Of a stretch of DNA of 64,000 bases, positions 23,248 through 34,825 are shown one piece after another; position 1 is the first letter of the stretch, and every line of letters begins with the position of its first letter. The position numbers were made by a program, and so were the translations under genes. Origin of the DNA: Alphaproteobacteria bacterium (GTDB lineage Bacteria; Pseudomonadota; Alphaproteobacteria; SHVV01). A model generated the notes under the pieces. That model was not told where the DNA came from. It worked only from the letters and a program-made list of their open reading frames with translations, and did no database searches. Location: contig OZ253470.1 in NCBI GenBank assembly GCA_965261735.1, positions 3,008,001-3,072,000 of the forward strand, written 5' to 3'.

Positions 23248-24615
23248 CTAGCCGGCGCGCCTCCAGGTCGTGCCCTGCGGCCCGTCCTTGAGCACGACGC
23301 CTTGGGCCGCGAGTTCGGCGCGGATAGAATCGGCGGTCACGAAGTCCTTGGCCTCGCGCGCCGCGGTGCGACGCCCGATGAGGTCGGCGACCGCCGATTC
23401 ATCGAGCTCGTCACCCGCCCGCCGCCAGGAAAACCATTCGCGCGCCTCCTGCTCCAGGAGACCGAGCAGGTTGCCCCCGGCCCTGAGGCTGCGCCTGAGG
23501 TCCACTTGCCGCTCACCGCTCTCGGGACCGCGAATCTCGGCGTGGAGGCTATGGAGCTCGGCGATCGCCTGGGGTGTGTTGAGATCGTCTTCCAGCGCCG
23601 CGATGAACGGTTCCGGCAAGTCCTCGGCGGCTTGCACTTCGTCGACCGCTCGATACCAACGATCGAGCGTACGCTTGGCCTGGCGCAGGCCCTCACGCGT
23701 GAAGTCGAGCGGATGCCTGTAGTGGGTACCGAGCAGGGCCAGCCGGATCGCCTCGCCAGGGACTTCGCACAGGAGCTCGCGCACGGTGACGATGTTGCCC
23801 ACCGATTTCGACATCTTCTCGCCCTCGACCGTGACGTAGCCGTTGTGCAGCCAATAGCCGACGAAGGGAGTGCCGCCATGGGCGCAGGTGCTTTGCGCGA
23901 TCTCGTTCTCGTGGTGGGGGAAGATGAGGTCCTGGCCGCCGCCGTGGATGTCGAAGGTGACGCCGAGATGGGCCTCGCTCATCGCCGAGCACTCGATGTG
24001 CCAGCCCGGCCGGCCGCGGCCCCAGGGGCTATCCCAGCCGGGCAGCCCGGGCGGCGAGGGCTTCCACAGCACGAAGTCGGCCGGGTCGCGCTTATACGGC
24101 GCGACCTCGACCCGCGCCCCGGCGATCAGCTCCTCGCGGTTGTGCCCGGACAGCGCGCCGTAGCCCGGCATCGAGGGCACGTGAAACAGAACGTGCCCCT
24201 CGGCCGCGTAGGCGTGCCCGGCCGCGACCAGCTTTTCGATCATCGCGATCATCTCGGCGATATGGCCGGTCGCCCGCGGCTCGACGTCAGGCGCGAGTGC
24301 GTTGAGCGCCGCCATGTCCTCGTGGAAGGCGGCGGTCGTGCGCGCCGTGATCGCCTCGATCGGCTCGCCGCTGTCGCTCGCGGCGGCGTTGATCTTGTCG
24401 TCGACGTCGGTGATGTTGCGCACATACGTGACCGTGCCGAACGCGCGCCGCAGCAACCGGCAGAGCACGTCGAAGACGACCACCGGACGCGCGTTGCCGA
24501 CGTGGGCGTAGTCGTACACGGTGGGCCCGCACACATACATGCCGACGCGGACCGGATCGAGCGGCGTGAACACGCGCTTCGCGCGCCGCGCCGTGTCGTA
24601 GAGCGTTAAGGCCAC
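23248..24615 (-). CDS. cysS: Cysteine--tRNA ligase
   Basis: CGPTVY, HVGN, PGWHIECSAM, KMSKS. Confidence 0.96.
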   Translation of the reverse strand: MALTLYDTARRAKRVFTPLDPVRVGMYVCGPTVYDYAHVGNARPVVVFDVLCRLLRRAFGTVTYVRNITDVDDKINAAASDSGEPIEAITARTTAAFHEDMAALNALAPDVEPRATGHIAEMIAMIEKLVAAGHAYAAEGHVLFHVPSMPGYGALSGHNREELIAGARVEVAPYKRDPADFVLWKPSPPGLPGWDSPWGRGRPGWHIECSAMSEAHLGVTFDIHGGGQDLIFPHHENEIAQSTCAHGGTPFVGYWLHNGYVTVEGEKMSKSVGNIVTVRELLCEVPGEAIRLALLGTHYRHPLDFTREGLRQAKRTLDRWYRAVDEVQAAEDLPEPFIAALEDDLNTPQAIAELHSLHAEIRGPESGERQVDLRRSLRAGGNLLGLLEQEAREWFSWRRAGDELDESAVADLIGRRTAAREAKDFVTADSIRAELAAQGVVLKDGPQGTTWRRAG

Positions 24616-24620
24616 GGCGC

Positions 24621-26291
24621 TTACGCCTCCCCGCGGAAGCCGTTGGTGATGGGGTAGCGGCGGTCGCGACCGAAGGACTTGCGCGTGATCTTGACGCCCG
24701 GCGGCGCCTGGCGGCGCTTGTACTCGGCCCGGGACAGCAGCCCGGCCACGCGAGCCACCACCTCGGCCGCGTGGCCGCGCTTGACGATATCGGCCGCCGC
24801 CATCTCGCCCTCGACCAAGCACTCGAGGATATCATCGAGGGCCTCGTACGGCGGCAGCGTGTCCTGGTCGGTCTGGTCGGGCTTGAGCTCGGCGCTCGGC
24901 GCCTTGGTCAGGATGGACTCGGGCACGACCCGCTGCGCCGGGCCGAGCGCGCCCTCCGGCGCGTGCTCGTTGCGCCAGCGCGCGAGCGCATAGACGGTCG
25001 TCTTGTAGACGTCCTTGAGCACCGAATAGCCGCCCGACATGTCGCCATAGAGCGTCGCGTAGCCGACCGACATCTCCGACTTGTTCCCGGTGGTGAGCAA
25101 GAGCGTGCCGAACTTGTTGGACAGCGCCATCAGCGTGACGGCACGCAGCCGCGCCTGAAGGTTCTCCTCCGTGGTGTCCGGTTCGCGCCCGGCGAAGAGG
25201 TCGGCCAGCATGTGCCCGAACGTCTGCATCGCCGCGCCGATGGAGACGGCGTCGAGCCGCGCGCCGAGCCCCTCGGCTACGGCGGCCGCATCCTCCAGGC
25301 TCGCCGTGGAGGTATAGGGCGAGGGCAGCATCAGGCAGTGGACGCGCGCAGGCCCAAGGGCGTCGGCGGCAACGACGGCGCTAAGCGCCGAGTCGATTCC
25401 GCCCGACAGGCCGAGGACGACGCCGGCGAAGCCGTTCTTGTTCACGTAGTCGCGCAAGCCGATCGTCATCGCCTGATAGATGGCCTCGATCCGGCCCGGA
25501 AGCGGCGCCGGCGGTGCCGCCTCGCAGTGCCAGCCATTGCCGTCGCGCTTCCAGTGGGTGAGGACCACCTCTTCGCGCCAGGCGGGCGCCTGCACCGCGA
25601 GCGTGCGATCAGGGTTGAGCACGAACGAAGCGCCCTCGAAGACGAGCTCGTCTTGACCGCCGACCTGGTTGACGTAGGCGAGCGGCAGGCCCGACTCGAC
25701 GACGCGGGCCACGGCCAGTCCGAGGCGCGTGTCGACCTTGTCCGCATCGAACGGCGAGCCGTTGCCGACGATCAGAATCTCGGCCCCGGTTTCCTGGAGA
25801 CACTCGGTGACGTCGGGTGTCCACATGTCCTCGCACACCATGACACCGAGCCGGACGCCGCGGAAGTTGACGGGCCCAGGGAGCGGTCCCGGGGTGAAGA
25901 CGCGCTTTTCGTCGAAGACGCCGTAGTTGGGGAGCTCGTGCTTGAAACGGACCGCTTTGACGGCGCCGTCGGCGAGCAGTAGCAGGGCGTTATACAGCGC
26001 ACCCTCGTCGCGCCACGGGCTGCCGAGGAGCAGCGCCGGCCCGCCATCGCCGGTATCCCGGGCGAGCGCCATGACCGCGGCCTCGGTCGCGTCCTGGAAG
26101 GCGGGCTTGAGAACGAGATCCTCGGGCGGATAGCCGGCGATGACGAGTTCGGTGCAGGCCACGAGGTCGGCGCCGGCGCGGGCCGCCTCGCTGCGGGCCG
26201 CGCGCACCCGCCGTACGTTGCCGTCGATGTCGCCGACGGTGGGATTGAGCTGGGCAAGTGCGAGAACAAGCCGGTCGGTCGTCTCAGGCAT
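24621..26291 (-). CDS. nadE: Glutamine-dependent NAD+ synthetase
   Basis: Nitrilase domain (GYPPED, NYGVFDEKR, CEDMW) plus SGGIDS, GNKSE, PSAEL, EYKR. Confidence 0.95.
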   Translation of the reverse strand: MPETTDRLVLALAQLNPTVGDIDGNVRRVRAARSEAARAGADLVACTELVIAGYPPEDLVLKPAFQDATEAAVMALARDTGDGGPALLLGSPWRDEGALYNALLLLADGAVKAVRFKHELPNYGVFDEKRVFTPGPLPGPVNFRGVRLGVMVCEDMWTPDVTECLQETGAEILIVGNGSPFDADKVDTRLGLAVARVVESGLPLAYVNQVGGQDELVFEGASFVLNPDRTLAVQAPAWREEVVLTHWKRDGNGWHCEAAPPAPLPGRIEAIYQAMTIGLRDYVNKNGFAGVVLGLSGGIDSALSAVVAADALGPARVHCLMLPSPYTSTASLEDAAAVAEGLGARLDAVSIGAAMQTFGHMLADLFAGREPDTTEENLQARLRAVTLMALSNKFGTLLLTTGNKSEMSVGYATLYGDMSGGYSVLKDVYKTTVYALARWRNEHAPEGALGPAQRVVPESILTKAPSAELKPDQTDQDTLPPYEALDDILECLVEGEMAAADIVKRGHAAEVVARVAGLLSRAEYKRRQAPPGVKITRKSFGRDRRYPITNGFRGEA

Positions 26292-26423
26292 CTCGCGGCG
26301 ATACTTAGCTTGGCCGGAGCAGGCGCACAATAGCGCGGGCGCGACCCGGCACCCGGCGACGATTGAACCGGCACCCGTTTGCCCCTAAACAAAAGGCAGG
26401 CGAGGCCACATCAGGAGAGCTTC

Positions 26424-27440
26424 ATGGTCGCCAACCAGAACCACCAGATTCGCATGGCCGCGCGGCCCGAAGGGATGCCTCGGCCGAGCGACTTCGCCCT
26501 TACCTCGGCGCCGATCCCCGATCCCGGCACCGACGAGGTACTGGTGCGCGGCCTGTGGCTCTCGCTCGACCCCTACATGCGCGGGCGCATGGCGGACGCC
26601 GCCGCCTACACCCGCCCGCTCGAGTCGCGCGACGTCATGATCGGCGGCGTGGTCGGTGAGGTCGTGCGCTCGAACGCGCCCGCCTTCTCTGCGGGCGACA
26701 TCGTCGAGGGCCGGCTCGGGTGGCAGGAATACGCGCTCGCCAAGGCGACCGAGGTGCGCCACGTCGATCCCGATCTCGCGCCCCTGTCGACGGCACTCGG
26801 CGTCCTCGGCATGCCCGGGTGCACCGCTTATTTCGGACTCCTCGAGGTCGGCCGGCCGGAGCCCGGCGAGACCGTCCTCGTCTCGGCGGCGGCCGGCACC
26901 GTGGGCGCCATCGTCGGACAGATCGCCAAGATCAAGGGTTGCCGCGTGGTCGGCATCGCCGGCAGCGACGCCAAGATCGACTACCTCACCGGCGAGCTCG
27001 GCTTCGATGCCGGCGTGAACTACAAGACCGGCGACCTCGGTGCGGCGCTGGATGGCGCGTGCCCCGACGGGGTCAACGTCTATTTCGACAACGTCGGCGG
27101 CACCGTGACCGACACGGTCATCCCGCGCCTCGCCCAACGCGGCCGCGTCGTCGTCTGCGGACAAATCTCCGAGTACAACCTGGATGAGCCGCCCAAGAGC
27201 CCCAACTTCCTGCGCCAGCTCCTGTTCAAGCGCGCGCGCATGGAGGGAGTCGTCGTGTTCGACTACGCCGAGCGCACCGATGAGGCGCTGAGCCAGCTCG
27301 GCGCGTGGCTCAAGAGCGGCGAGCTCAAGTACAAGGAGGACATCGTCGACGGCCTCGAGGCCGCGCCCGCGGCCTTCATCCGCCTGATGACGGGCGAGAA
27401 CTTCGGCAAGGTGCTGGTGCGGCTCGGCGCGCCCGGTTGA
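26424..27440 (+). CDS. NADP-dependent oxidoreductase (CurA / alkenal reductase family)
   Basis: LSLDPYMRG, LGMPG.TAY.G, YFDNVGG, GENFGK. Confidence 0.9.
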   Translation: MVANQNHQIRMAARPEGMPRPSDFALTSAPIPDPGTDEVLVRGLWLSLDPYMRGRMADAAAYTRPLESRDVMIGGVVGEVVRSNAPAFSAGDIVEGRLGWQEYALAKATEVRHVDPDLAPLSTALGVLGMPGCTAYFGLLEVGRPEPGETVLVSAAAGTVGAIVGQIAKIKGCRVVGIAGSDAKIDYLTGELGFDAGVNYKTGDLGAALDGACPDGVNVYFDNVGGTVTDTVIPRLAQRGRVVVCGQISEYNLDEPPKSPNFLRQLLFKRARMEGVVVFDYAERTDEALSQLGAWLKSGELKYKEDIVDGLEAAPAAFIRLMTGENFGKVLVRLGAPG

Positions 27441-28625
27441 TCAGTCCTTGCGCAGCAGGAACTCGCGGCCCGTCTTCACGGCCGGCTTGCCGTCATACTC
27501 GACGACATCGGCGGTGGCGTAGGTCTCCTCCCACACCTCGGGCAGGTACGAGCCGGTGCCGATGACGTCGATCGGGGCGCCGGCCAGCGCCATCACCTTG
27601 CACTTACCCGGGCTGAAGCCCGAGCTGGCGACGATCTTGACCTTGTCGAAGCCCGCCTCGTCGAGGGTTTCGCGCAGCAGCCATATCGCGGCGGCGCTGA
27701 CGCCCGTGCCGACCAGCCAGCGCAGCTCCACGTCGGTGCGATACTGGCGAATGGCGTTGGGCGCATGGCGCTCGAGCACGGCATAGGAGCGCGGTGGGTC
27801 GAGGCCCTCGATGTAGCGGCCGCCGTGGGTATCGAGCCGTACCGACAGATCGCCCGCTCCCGCGCGATCAGGGAAGCGCCGGCACACGGCGAGCGCATCG
27901 GTCAGTTCGCGGCCGTAATAGTCGACGAGCACGGTGAACGGCGCGCCATCGAAGGTCTCGCTCATCATCTCGGCGGCGCGCTCGGTCGAGCCGGCGTAGC
28001 CGACGAGCGCATGCGGCATGGTGCCCATCCCCTCGTCGTTGCCGAAATAGCGCGCGGTCGAATCGGTGGCGTTGCCGATGAAGCCGAGTGCGCCCGCGTC
28101 GCGATGCGCCGCCGCCGACCCGACCGACGCCGCGTAGGCCATCATTTCGGCCATCTCCGAGCCCGCGCAATGGCGCGCGTCCATGGCGAAGAACGCTACC
28201 TTCGGCAGATCGCAGCACATGCTGTAGGCATTGTGGGCGGCCACACAGGGTGCGCCGAGGAGCTGCAGATAGTGCGTTTCGAGGTCGACCAGGTGGAGGA
28301 GCGAGCCGTTGAGGTAGAGGAGCGGCTCGCCGCCGCCGACCCAGTCCCCTTCCTTGTAGAGCGGCTCGACCACGAACTGCCGCTCGCGTTCGCTGGCAAC
28401 GCGCTCGAGCCACGCCAGCATGAGCCTGGGAGCGAAGATCACCGGGCGCCGCATGAAAAGGGCGTAGCTCACCCGCTTGTCGCCATAGCGGCGCACGATC
28501 TCCTTGGTCTTCAGGAAATACTTGTCCGTACCCTTGGCGAGATCGCGGTCGAGGCCCATGGTGGTAGCGGCCGGCGCCGGCACGGCGTCAGGAAGCTTCG
28601 GCGACTCGGCTGTCGGACCCGGCAC
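27441..28625 (-). CDS. Nicotinate phosphoribosyltransferase-like protein (alternative start 28559)
   Basis: TDKYF, GTMPHA, VRLDT, IVASSGF, GTGS; close to nadE. Confidence 0.82.
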   Translation of the reverse strand: MPGPTAESPKLPDAVPAPAATTMGLDRDLAKGTDKYFLKTKEIVRRYGDKRVSYALFMRRPVIFAPRLMLAWLERVASERERQFVVEPLYKEGDWVGGGEPLLYLNGSLLHLVDLETHYLQLLGAPCVAAHNAYSMCCDLPKVAFFAMDARHCAGSEMAEMMAYAASVGSAAAHRDAGALGFIGNATDSTARYFGNDEGMGTMPHALVGYAGSTERAAEMMSETFDGAPFTVLVDYYGRELTDALAVCRRFPDRAGAGDLSVRLDTHGGRYIEGLDPPRSYAVLERHAPNAIRQYRTDVELRWLVGTGVSAAAIWLLRETLDEAGFDKVKIVASSGFSPGKCKVMALAGAPIDVIGTGSYLPEVWEETYATADVVEYDGKPAVKTGREFLLRKD

Positions 28626-29970
28626 GGCCCTTCTTCAACATCTCGGCGATGAGGAAGGCGAGTTCCAGGCTCTGCGACGCGTTAAGGCGCGGATCGCAAT
28701 GGGTGTGGTAGCGGTCGGCGAGCGCGTGCTCGGTGATCTCCTGGGCGCCGCCGATGCATTCGGTCACGTCCTGGCCCGTCATTTCGACATGAACGCCGCC
28801 AGCGTAGGTCCCCTCCGCCTGGTGGACCCTGAAAAACGTCTCGACCTCGGACAGGATGCGATCGAAGGGACGCGTCTTGTAGCCGTTCGAGGATTTGATC
28901 GTGTTGCCGTGCATGGGATCGCACGACCACACGACGCTGCGCCCCTCGCGCTCAATGGCGCGGATCAGCGGCGGCAGCTTGTCTGCCGCTTGCTCGGCGC
29001 CCATGCGGCAGATCAGCGTGAGTCGCCCCGCCTCGTCGCCGGGATTGAGGATGTCGACGAGCTCGAGCAGCGCATCGGGCGGCAGCGTGGGGCCCACCTT
29101 GAGGCCGATCGGATTGGCGACACCTCGTAGGAATTCGACATGGGCTCCGTCGGGCTGGCGCGTCCGGTCGCCGATCCACAGCATGTGGGCCGAGGTGTCG
29201 TACCAGTCGCCCGAGGTGCTGTCGATGCGCGTCAGCGCCTCCTCGTAACCCAACAGCAGCGCCTCGTGCGAGGTGTAGAAGTCGGTCTGGCTAAGCTTGG
29301 CCGATGCCTCCTCGGACAGGCCGCAGGCCCCCATGAACGCGAGCGCCTCGGCGATGCGGTCGGCGAGGTCCTGATAGCGTGCGCCTTGCGGGCTGCGCGC
29401 GACGAAGCCCAGGTTCCAGCGGTGCACGCGGTGAAGATCGGCGTAGCCACCCTGCGCGAAGGCGCGCAGCAGGTTCAGCGTCGCCGCGGCCTGGCTGTAG
29501 GCATGGAGCTGGCGCTCGGGATCGGGCCGGCGCGCCTCGGCCGTGAAACCGATGCCGTTGATGTTGTCGCCGCGATAGCTCGTGAGCTCGACACCATCGC
29601 GGACCTCGACCGGCTCGCTCCGCGGCTTCGCGAACTGCCCGGCCATGCGGCCGACCTTGACCACCGGGCACGCGGCCGCGTACGTCAGCGCCACCGCCAT
29701 CTGCAGCAGCACGCGAAAGGTGTCGCGAATGTTGTCGGCGTGGAACTCGGCGAAGCTCTCGGCGCAATCGCCGCCCTGTAGCAAAAAGGCCTGTCCGTTG
29801 GCGGCCGCCGCGAGGTGGCGGCGCAGGGTGCGTGCCTCGCCGGCAAAAACGAGCGGCGGAAACTGCTGCAGCCGCGCCTCGACGGCCGCAAGGGCCGCGG
29901 CGTCGGGATAATCGGGCATTTGCCGCGCCGGTCGGCTGCGCCAGCCGTCGAGGCTCCAGTTCTGCGCCAT
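28588..29970 (-). CDS. Class II DAHP synthase (3-deoxy-7-phosphoheptulonate synthase)
   Basis: [40 protein letters not shown]. Confidence 0.94.
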   Translation of the reverse strand: MAQNWSLDGWRSRPARQMPDYPDAAALAAVEARLQQFPPLVFAGEARTLRRHLAAAANGQAFLLQGGDCAESFAEFHADNIRDTFRVLLQMAVALTYAAACPVVKVGRMAGQFAKPRSEPVEVRDGVELTSYRGDNINGIGFTAEARRPDPERQLHAYSQAAATLNLLRAFAQGGYADLHRVHRWNLGFVARSPQGARYQDLADRIAEALAFMGACGLSEEASAKLSQTDFYTSHEALLLGYEEALTRIDSTSGDWYDTSAHMLWIGDRTRQPDGAHVEFLRGVANPIGLKVGPTLPPDALLELVDILNPGDEAGRLTLICRMGAEQAADKLPPLIRAIEREGRSVVWSCDPMHGNTIKSSNGYKTRPFDRILSEVETFFRVHQAEGTYAGGVHVEMTGQDVTECIGGAQEITEHALADRYHTHCDPRLNASQSLELAFLIAEMLKKGRAGSDSRVAEAS

Positions 29971-30060
29971 CGTCGTTTCCGCGTGCTGCAAAGCGGCAGC
30001 ATATACGCCGTTCGCGCAAGTCTGCCAACCCCGACCGGTGCGCGAACGCTGGCGGATCGC

Positions 30061-31434
30061 CTACTCGGCCGCCTCCGCGAGCTCGACGTACTTCTCGCGC
30101 ATGGTGACGAATTCCTCGGCCGCGGTCGGGTGAATGCCGATGGTGGCGTCGAAGACCGCCTTGGTCGCCCCCGCCGTTATCGCGACCGCAAACCCCTGGA
30201 TGATCTCGCCGGCCTCGGGCCCCACCATGTGGATACCGACCACCCGATCCGACGCGGGGTCGACGACAAGCTTCATCATGGTGCTCTCGTCGCGCCCGGA
30301 CAGCGTATGCTTGAGTGCGCGAAAGCTCGACTTGTAGACGTCGACGGACGCGAATTTCGTGCGCGCCTCGGCCTCGGTCAGTCCTACGGTACCGATCGCC
30401 GGCGCGCTGAAGACCGCGGTCGGAACATCGCGATACGACACCCCTCGCCCCGACGGCTTGAACAGCGCATCCGCCAGCGCGTGCCCCTCGGCGACGGCCA
30501 CGGGCGTGAGACGCAGGCGGTCGGTCACGTCGCCGATGGCATAGATATGCGGCACCGAGGTCTGCCACGCCTCGTCGACGATGACGGCGCCGGCCTCGTC
30601 GAGAGCAATGCCCGCCGCCTCGAGACCGAGTTTCGCCGTGTTGGGGTGGCGCCCCAGCGCGCACATGACGAGGTCGGCCCGAACGCTCGTGCCGTCGCCG
30701 AAATCGACGGCGAGGGGGCCACTGTCCCCGTCCCGGGTCACCGCCTCGATCGTCGTGTTGAAGCGCAGGTCCACGCCCTTCCTCGTCATCTCCTCGGCAA
30801 GGCATCCGCGGACGTCGTCGTCGAACCCGCGCAGGAACAAGGGCCCACGGTAGATCTGACTGACCTCGGCGCCGAGGCCGTGAAAGATGCCCGCGAACTC
30901 GACCGCGATGTAGCCGCCGCCGGCGACGATCACACGGCGCGGTAGATCGTCGAGATAGAACGCCTCGTTCGAGGTAACGACGTGCTCGCGGCCGGGAAAG
31001 TCGGGCACCGAGGGCCAGCCGCCGGTCGCGACGATGATGCGCTCCGCCGAGTACGCCGCGCCGTCTACGCGAACTGTATGGGCGTCCGCGAGCTCGGCCC
31101 GCCCCCACAGGATGCGCGCCCCGGCCCCTTCGAGGAGACGCCGGTAGACGCCGTTGAGGCGCTCGATCTCCTGGTCCTTGTTGGCGATGAGCCGGGGCCA
31201 GGAAAAGCTGCCCTTGTCCACCGTCCAGCCGAACCCGGCCGCGTCCTCGAAGTCCTCACTGAAATGGGACGCGTAGACCAGCAGCTTCTTGGGAATGCAG
31301 CCGACGTTGACGCAGGTGCCACCGAGATAGCGGTCCTCGGCAATGGCGACGCGCGCACCATGTCCCGCAGCTATGCGCGCCGCGCGAACGCCCGCGGAGC
31401 CGCCACCGAGCACGAAGAGATCGAAGTCGAACAT
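30061..31434 (-). CDS. gor: Glutathione-disulfide reductase
   Basis: [34 protein letters not shown]. Confidence 0.93.
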   Translation of the reverse strand: MFDFDLFVLGGGSAGVRAARIAAGHGARVAIAEDRYLGGTCVNVGCIPKKLLVYASHFSEDFEDAAGFGWTVDKGSFSWPRLIANKDQEIERLNGVYRRLLEGAGARILWGRAELADAHTVRVDGAAYSAERIIVATGGWPSVPDFPGREHVVTSNEAFYLDDLPRRVIVAGGGYIAVEFAGIFHGLGAEVSQIYRGPLFLRGFDDDVRGCLAEEMTRKGVDLRFNTTIEAVTRDGDSGPLAVDFGDGTSVRADLVMCALGRHPNTAKLGLEAAGIALDEAGAVIVDEAWQTSVPHIYAIGDVTDRLRLTPVAVAEGHALADALFKPSGRGVSYRDVPTAVFSAPAIGTVGLTEAEARTKFASVDVYKSSFRALKHTLSGRDESTMMKLVVDPASDRVVGIHMVGPEAGEIIQGFAVAITAGATKAVFDATIGIHPTAAEEFVTMREKYVELAEAAE

Positions 31435-31461
31435 CGCGGTTTTCCTTCCCGAACCGGCCGC

Positions 31462-33285
31462 CTACTCGACGGTCACCGACTTGGCGAGGTTGCGGGGCTG
31501 GTCGACGTCGGTGCCCTTGTGGACGGCGACGTGATAGGCGAGCAGCTGCACCGGAATGGCATACAGGATGGGGGCGACGAACGAATGCACGGTCGGGAGC
31601 TCGACGGTGGCGAAGGCATTGTCGCCGAGTACCTCGATTCCCGCCTTGTCGCTCATGAGAACGACGCGGCCGCCGCGCGCCACCACCTCCTGCATGTTCG
31701 ATGCCGTCTTTTCGAATAGGGCGTCGCTCGGCGCCAGAACGATCACCGGAACGGTCTCGTCGATCAGCGCGATCGGGCCGTGCTTGAGCTCGCCGGCGGC
31801 GAAGCCCTCGGCATGTATGTACGAGATCTCCTTGAGCTTGAGCGCCCCTTCCATGGCGATCGGATAAGAGGTGCCGCGACCGAAATAGACGACATCGTCG
31901 GCATCGGCGATGGTCAGGGCGAGTTCCTGCAGGCTCTCGTCGTGATTGAGGACCTCGGCCGCGCGCGAGGGCACCTCGGCGATGGCGCCGAGTAGGCGCG
32001 ACTCCTCGGCCCCCCCGATGGCGCCGCGCGCGCGGGCAAAGAAAAGGACAAGGCAAGCGAGCGTCACGAGCTGACAGGTGAACGCCTTGGTCGAGGCGAC
32101 GCCGAACTCGGGTCCGGCGTTGGTGTGCAGCACCAAATCCGCCTCACGGGACATCGTGCTTTCGGCGACATTGACGATGGCCGCGATCGACTGGCCCTGC
32201 TCGCGGGCAAACCGGAGCGCCGCCAGCGTATCGGCGGTCTCACCCGACTGCGATACGAAGAGCGCCACCCCGCCCGGCGACAGCGGCATCGAGCGGTAGC
32301 GGAACTCGGAGGCCACGTCGATCTCGACCGGCAGCCCAGCTACCTGCTCGAACCAGTACTTGGCGACCGCCGCCGCATAGTAGGAGGTGCCGCAGGCGAC
32401 GATCGTCATCCTCGGTACCTGCGCCGCGTCGAACGCCATTTCGGGCAGCCTGATCGAGCGTCCGGTGGGATCGAAATAGGCCTTAAGCGTCTCGCCCATC
32501 ACCGTCGGCTGCTCGTGAATCTCCTTCTTCATGTAGTGGCGGTGGTTGCCCTTGCCGACCAGGGCACCACCGGCCGCGGTGGTCGCGATATCGCGGTCGA
32601 CGATCATGCCGCTCGAGTCGTGGATAGCGGCGCCGGAGCGGTGGAGGACCACCCAGTCGCCCTCCTCGAGATAGGTGATCCTGTCGGTGAGGACCGCAAG
32701 CGCCAGCGCGTCCGATCCGAGATACATCTCGCCCTCGCCCCAGCCGACGACGAGCGGGCTGCCCCGGCGAGCGCCTATCATGAGGTCGGGCTCGCCGGCG
32801 AAGATGACGCCGAGCGCGAAGGCGCCCTCGAGGCGCGACAGCGTCGCCTTTGTCGCTTCCGGCGGCGCCAGACCCTCATCGAGGTAACGGGTGATGAGCT
32901 GGACGATCGCTTCGGAGTCGGTATCCGAGGCGAACTCATAACCGAGCCCGATGAGCTCATCGCGCAGGTCGCGGAAATTTTCGATGATGCCGTTGTGGAC
33001 GATGGCGGCGCGCCGCGTGCTGTGAGGATGGGCATTGATCTCGTTGGGTACGCCGTGGGTCGCCCAGCGCGTGTGGCCGATGCCGACGCGGCCGGCGATC
33101 GGCGCCTCCGCCAGCGTCTCCTCGAGGTTGGCGAGCTTGCCCTCGGCGCGGCGGCGCTCGATCCCGCCATTGACCAGCGTCGCGACCCCGGCCGAGTCGT
33201 AGCCGCGGTATTCGAGCCTCTTCAAGCTCTGGAGAAGGAGGGGGCTGACCTCGCCGGTACCGAGCACGCCGATGATGCCGCACAT
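31462..33285 (-). CDS. glmS: Glutamine--fructose-6-phosphate transaminase
   Basis: MCGI, EYRGYDSAG, HTRWATHG, SQSGET, PRNLAKSVTVE. Confidence 0.97.
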   Translation of the reverse strand: MCGIIGVLGTGEVSPLLLQSLKRLEYRGYDSAGVATLVNGGIERRRAEGKLANLEETLAEAPIAGRVGIGHTRWATHGVPNEINAHPHSTRRAAIVHNGIIENFRDLRDELIGLGYEFASDTDSEAIVQLITRYLDEGLAPPEATKATLSRLEGAFALGVIFAGEPDLMIGARRGSPLVVGWGEGEMYLGSDALALAVLTDRITYLEEGDWVVLHRSGAAIHDSSGMIVDRDIATTAAGGALVGKGNHRHYMKKEIHEQPTVMGETLKAYFDPTGRSIRLPEMAFDAAQVPRMTIVACGTSYYAAAVAKYWFEQVAGLPVEIDVASEFRYRSMPLSPGGVALFVSQSGETADTLAALRFAREQGQSIAAIVNVAESTMSREADLVLHTNAGPEFGVASTKAFTCQLVTLACLVLFFARARGAIGGAEESRLLGAIAEVPSRAAEVLNHDESLQELALTIADADDVVYFGRGTSYPIAMEGALKLKEISYIHAEGFAAGELKHGPIALIDETVPVIVLAPSDALFEKTASNMQEVVARGGRVVLMSDKAGIEVLGDNAFATVELPTVHSFVAPILYAIPVQLLAYHVAVHKGTDVDQPRNLAKSVTVE

Positions 33286-33288
33286 GGA

Positions 33289-34677
33289 CTAGCCGCGCCT
33301 CGCACCCTTCGCTTGCGCCGGCGGCGACGGCGCGTCCGTACTCGCGGCCGCCTTGCGTCGGCGCACGCGCTCGGCGAACCCGGCGATCTCTTCCTGCGGC
33401 GCCCGCGTGATACCGAGCGCGCCTGCATCGACGTCGCGGGTGATCACGCTACCCGCACCGACCACGGCGCCATCGCCGATCGAGACCGGCGCCACGAGCG
33501 AGGCGTTGGATCCGATGAAAGCGCCGGCACCGATGTCGGTGTGGGACTTGGTATAGCCGTCGTAGTTGCAGGTGATCGTGCCCGCGCCCACGTTGGCCGC
33601 CGCACCGACGCGGGCGTCGCCAATATAGGTGAGGTGGTTGACCTTGGCGCCCTGCTCGATGCGCGATTTCTTGACCTCGACGAAGTTGCCGATATGCGCG
33701 CCAGCGCCGATCTCGGCGCCCGGCCGAAGGCGGGCGAACGGTCCGACCGTGGCCCCCTCGGCGATCACCGTCCCCTCGATGTGCGAGAAGGCGCGCACCG
33801 TGACGCCGTCGCCGACGACGACGCCGGCGCCGAACACGACATGGGGCTCGATCGTCACGTCGCGGCCGAGGCGGGTGTCGTGGCTCAGGGTGACGGACGC
33901 GGGATCGATCAGCGTGGCCCCGCCCGCCATGACGGCATCGCGCAGCGCGCCCTGCATCTGCGCCTCGGCCTCCGCGAGCTCGCCGCGCGAGTTGATGCCG
34001 CGCAGCTCCGCCACCGCCGCCTCCACGACGGCGCAGCCATGACCGCGCACACGCGCGTATGCGACGATGTCGGTCAGGTAGTACTCACCCTGCGAGTTAT
34101 CGGCGTCGATGGCGTCGAGCAACTCGAACAGGACCTCGCTATCGACAATCATCACGCCGGAATTGCACAGGCCGATGGCGAGCTCCTCGGCAGTGGCATC
34201 GCGCGCCTCGACGATGGCGTCGAGTCCGCCATCGTCGCCCAGGACGAGGCGGCCGTAATGCCCGGGATCGGCGGGGCGCATGCCGAGCACGGCGATCTTG
34301 GTCGCCGGCCCCGAGCCGCGCGCCTCGATGAGCCGGGTCAGCGTGGATGCGCTAACAAAGGGCGTGTCCGCGTAGAGGATGAGGACGTCGCCGGTGAAGC
34401 CTTCGAGCGCGGCGCGCGCGCATTTGACTGCATCCGCGGTGCCCTGGGGCGGGTCCTGCACCACGCTTATCGCGGGTGCCACCTCGTCGGTGAGCGCCGC
34501 CATGCCCTCGCCCAGGATCACCACTTCGCGCTCGGCCTCGAGGCTGCGTGCCGTATCCAACAGGTAGGCGACCATGGGCCGGCCGGCCAGGGGGTGCATC
34601 ACCTTGGGCCGCGCGGACTTCATGCGGGTGCCCTTGCCCGCGGCGAGGACCACGACTGCTAGGGCGCGGCGCGACAT
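33289..34677 (-). CDS. glmU: Bifunctional UDP-GlcNAc pyrophosphorylase / GlcN-1-P acetyltransferase
   Basis: LAAGKGTRM, EYYLTD, GPFARLRP, GNFVEVK, CNYDG. Confidence 0.96.
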   Translation of the reverse strand: MSRRALAVVVLAAGKGTRMKSARPKVMHPLAGRPMVAYLLDTARSLEAEREVVILGEGMAALTDEVAPAISVVQDPPQGTADAVKCARAALEGFTGDVLILYADTPFVSASTLTRLIEARGSGPATKIAVLGMRPADPGHYGRLVLGDDGGLDAIVEARDATAEELAIGLCNSGVMIVDSEVLFELLDAIDADNSQGEYYLTDIVAYARVRGHGCAVVEAAVAELRGINSRGELAEAEAQMQGALRDAVMAGGATLIDPASVTLSHDTRLGRDVTIEPHVVFGAGVVVGDGVTVRAFSHIEGTVIAEGATVGPFARLRPGAEIGAGAHIGNFVEVKKSRIEQGAKVNHLTYIGDARVGAAANVGAGTITCNYDGYTKSHTDIGAGAFIGSNASLVAPVSIGDGAVVGAGSVITRDVDAGALGITRAPQEEIAGFAERVRRRKAAASTDAPSPPAQAKGARRG

Positions 34678-34825
34678 TACGAATCCCGCGTGGTCATGTT
34701 TGCACTCGCGGCTACAGGAAAGCGGCACGGCGGCGTGGCGACATTGCCACAAAGGCCGTAGGCTCGCCAAGTTTTACGGATTGCCGCGGACCCGTACAGC
34801 GGCAGACGTCACACTCGGGAGACTC

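Noticed and set aside
32125-34662. Long antisense or alternate-frame ORFs (845 aa here; also 58127-60292, 35900-37543, 29291-31108 and others)
   Set aside because: Shadow ORFs of well-supported genes, expected from high-GC codon bias; no recognisable motifs
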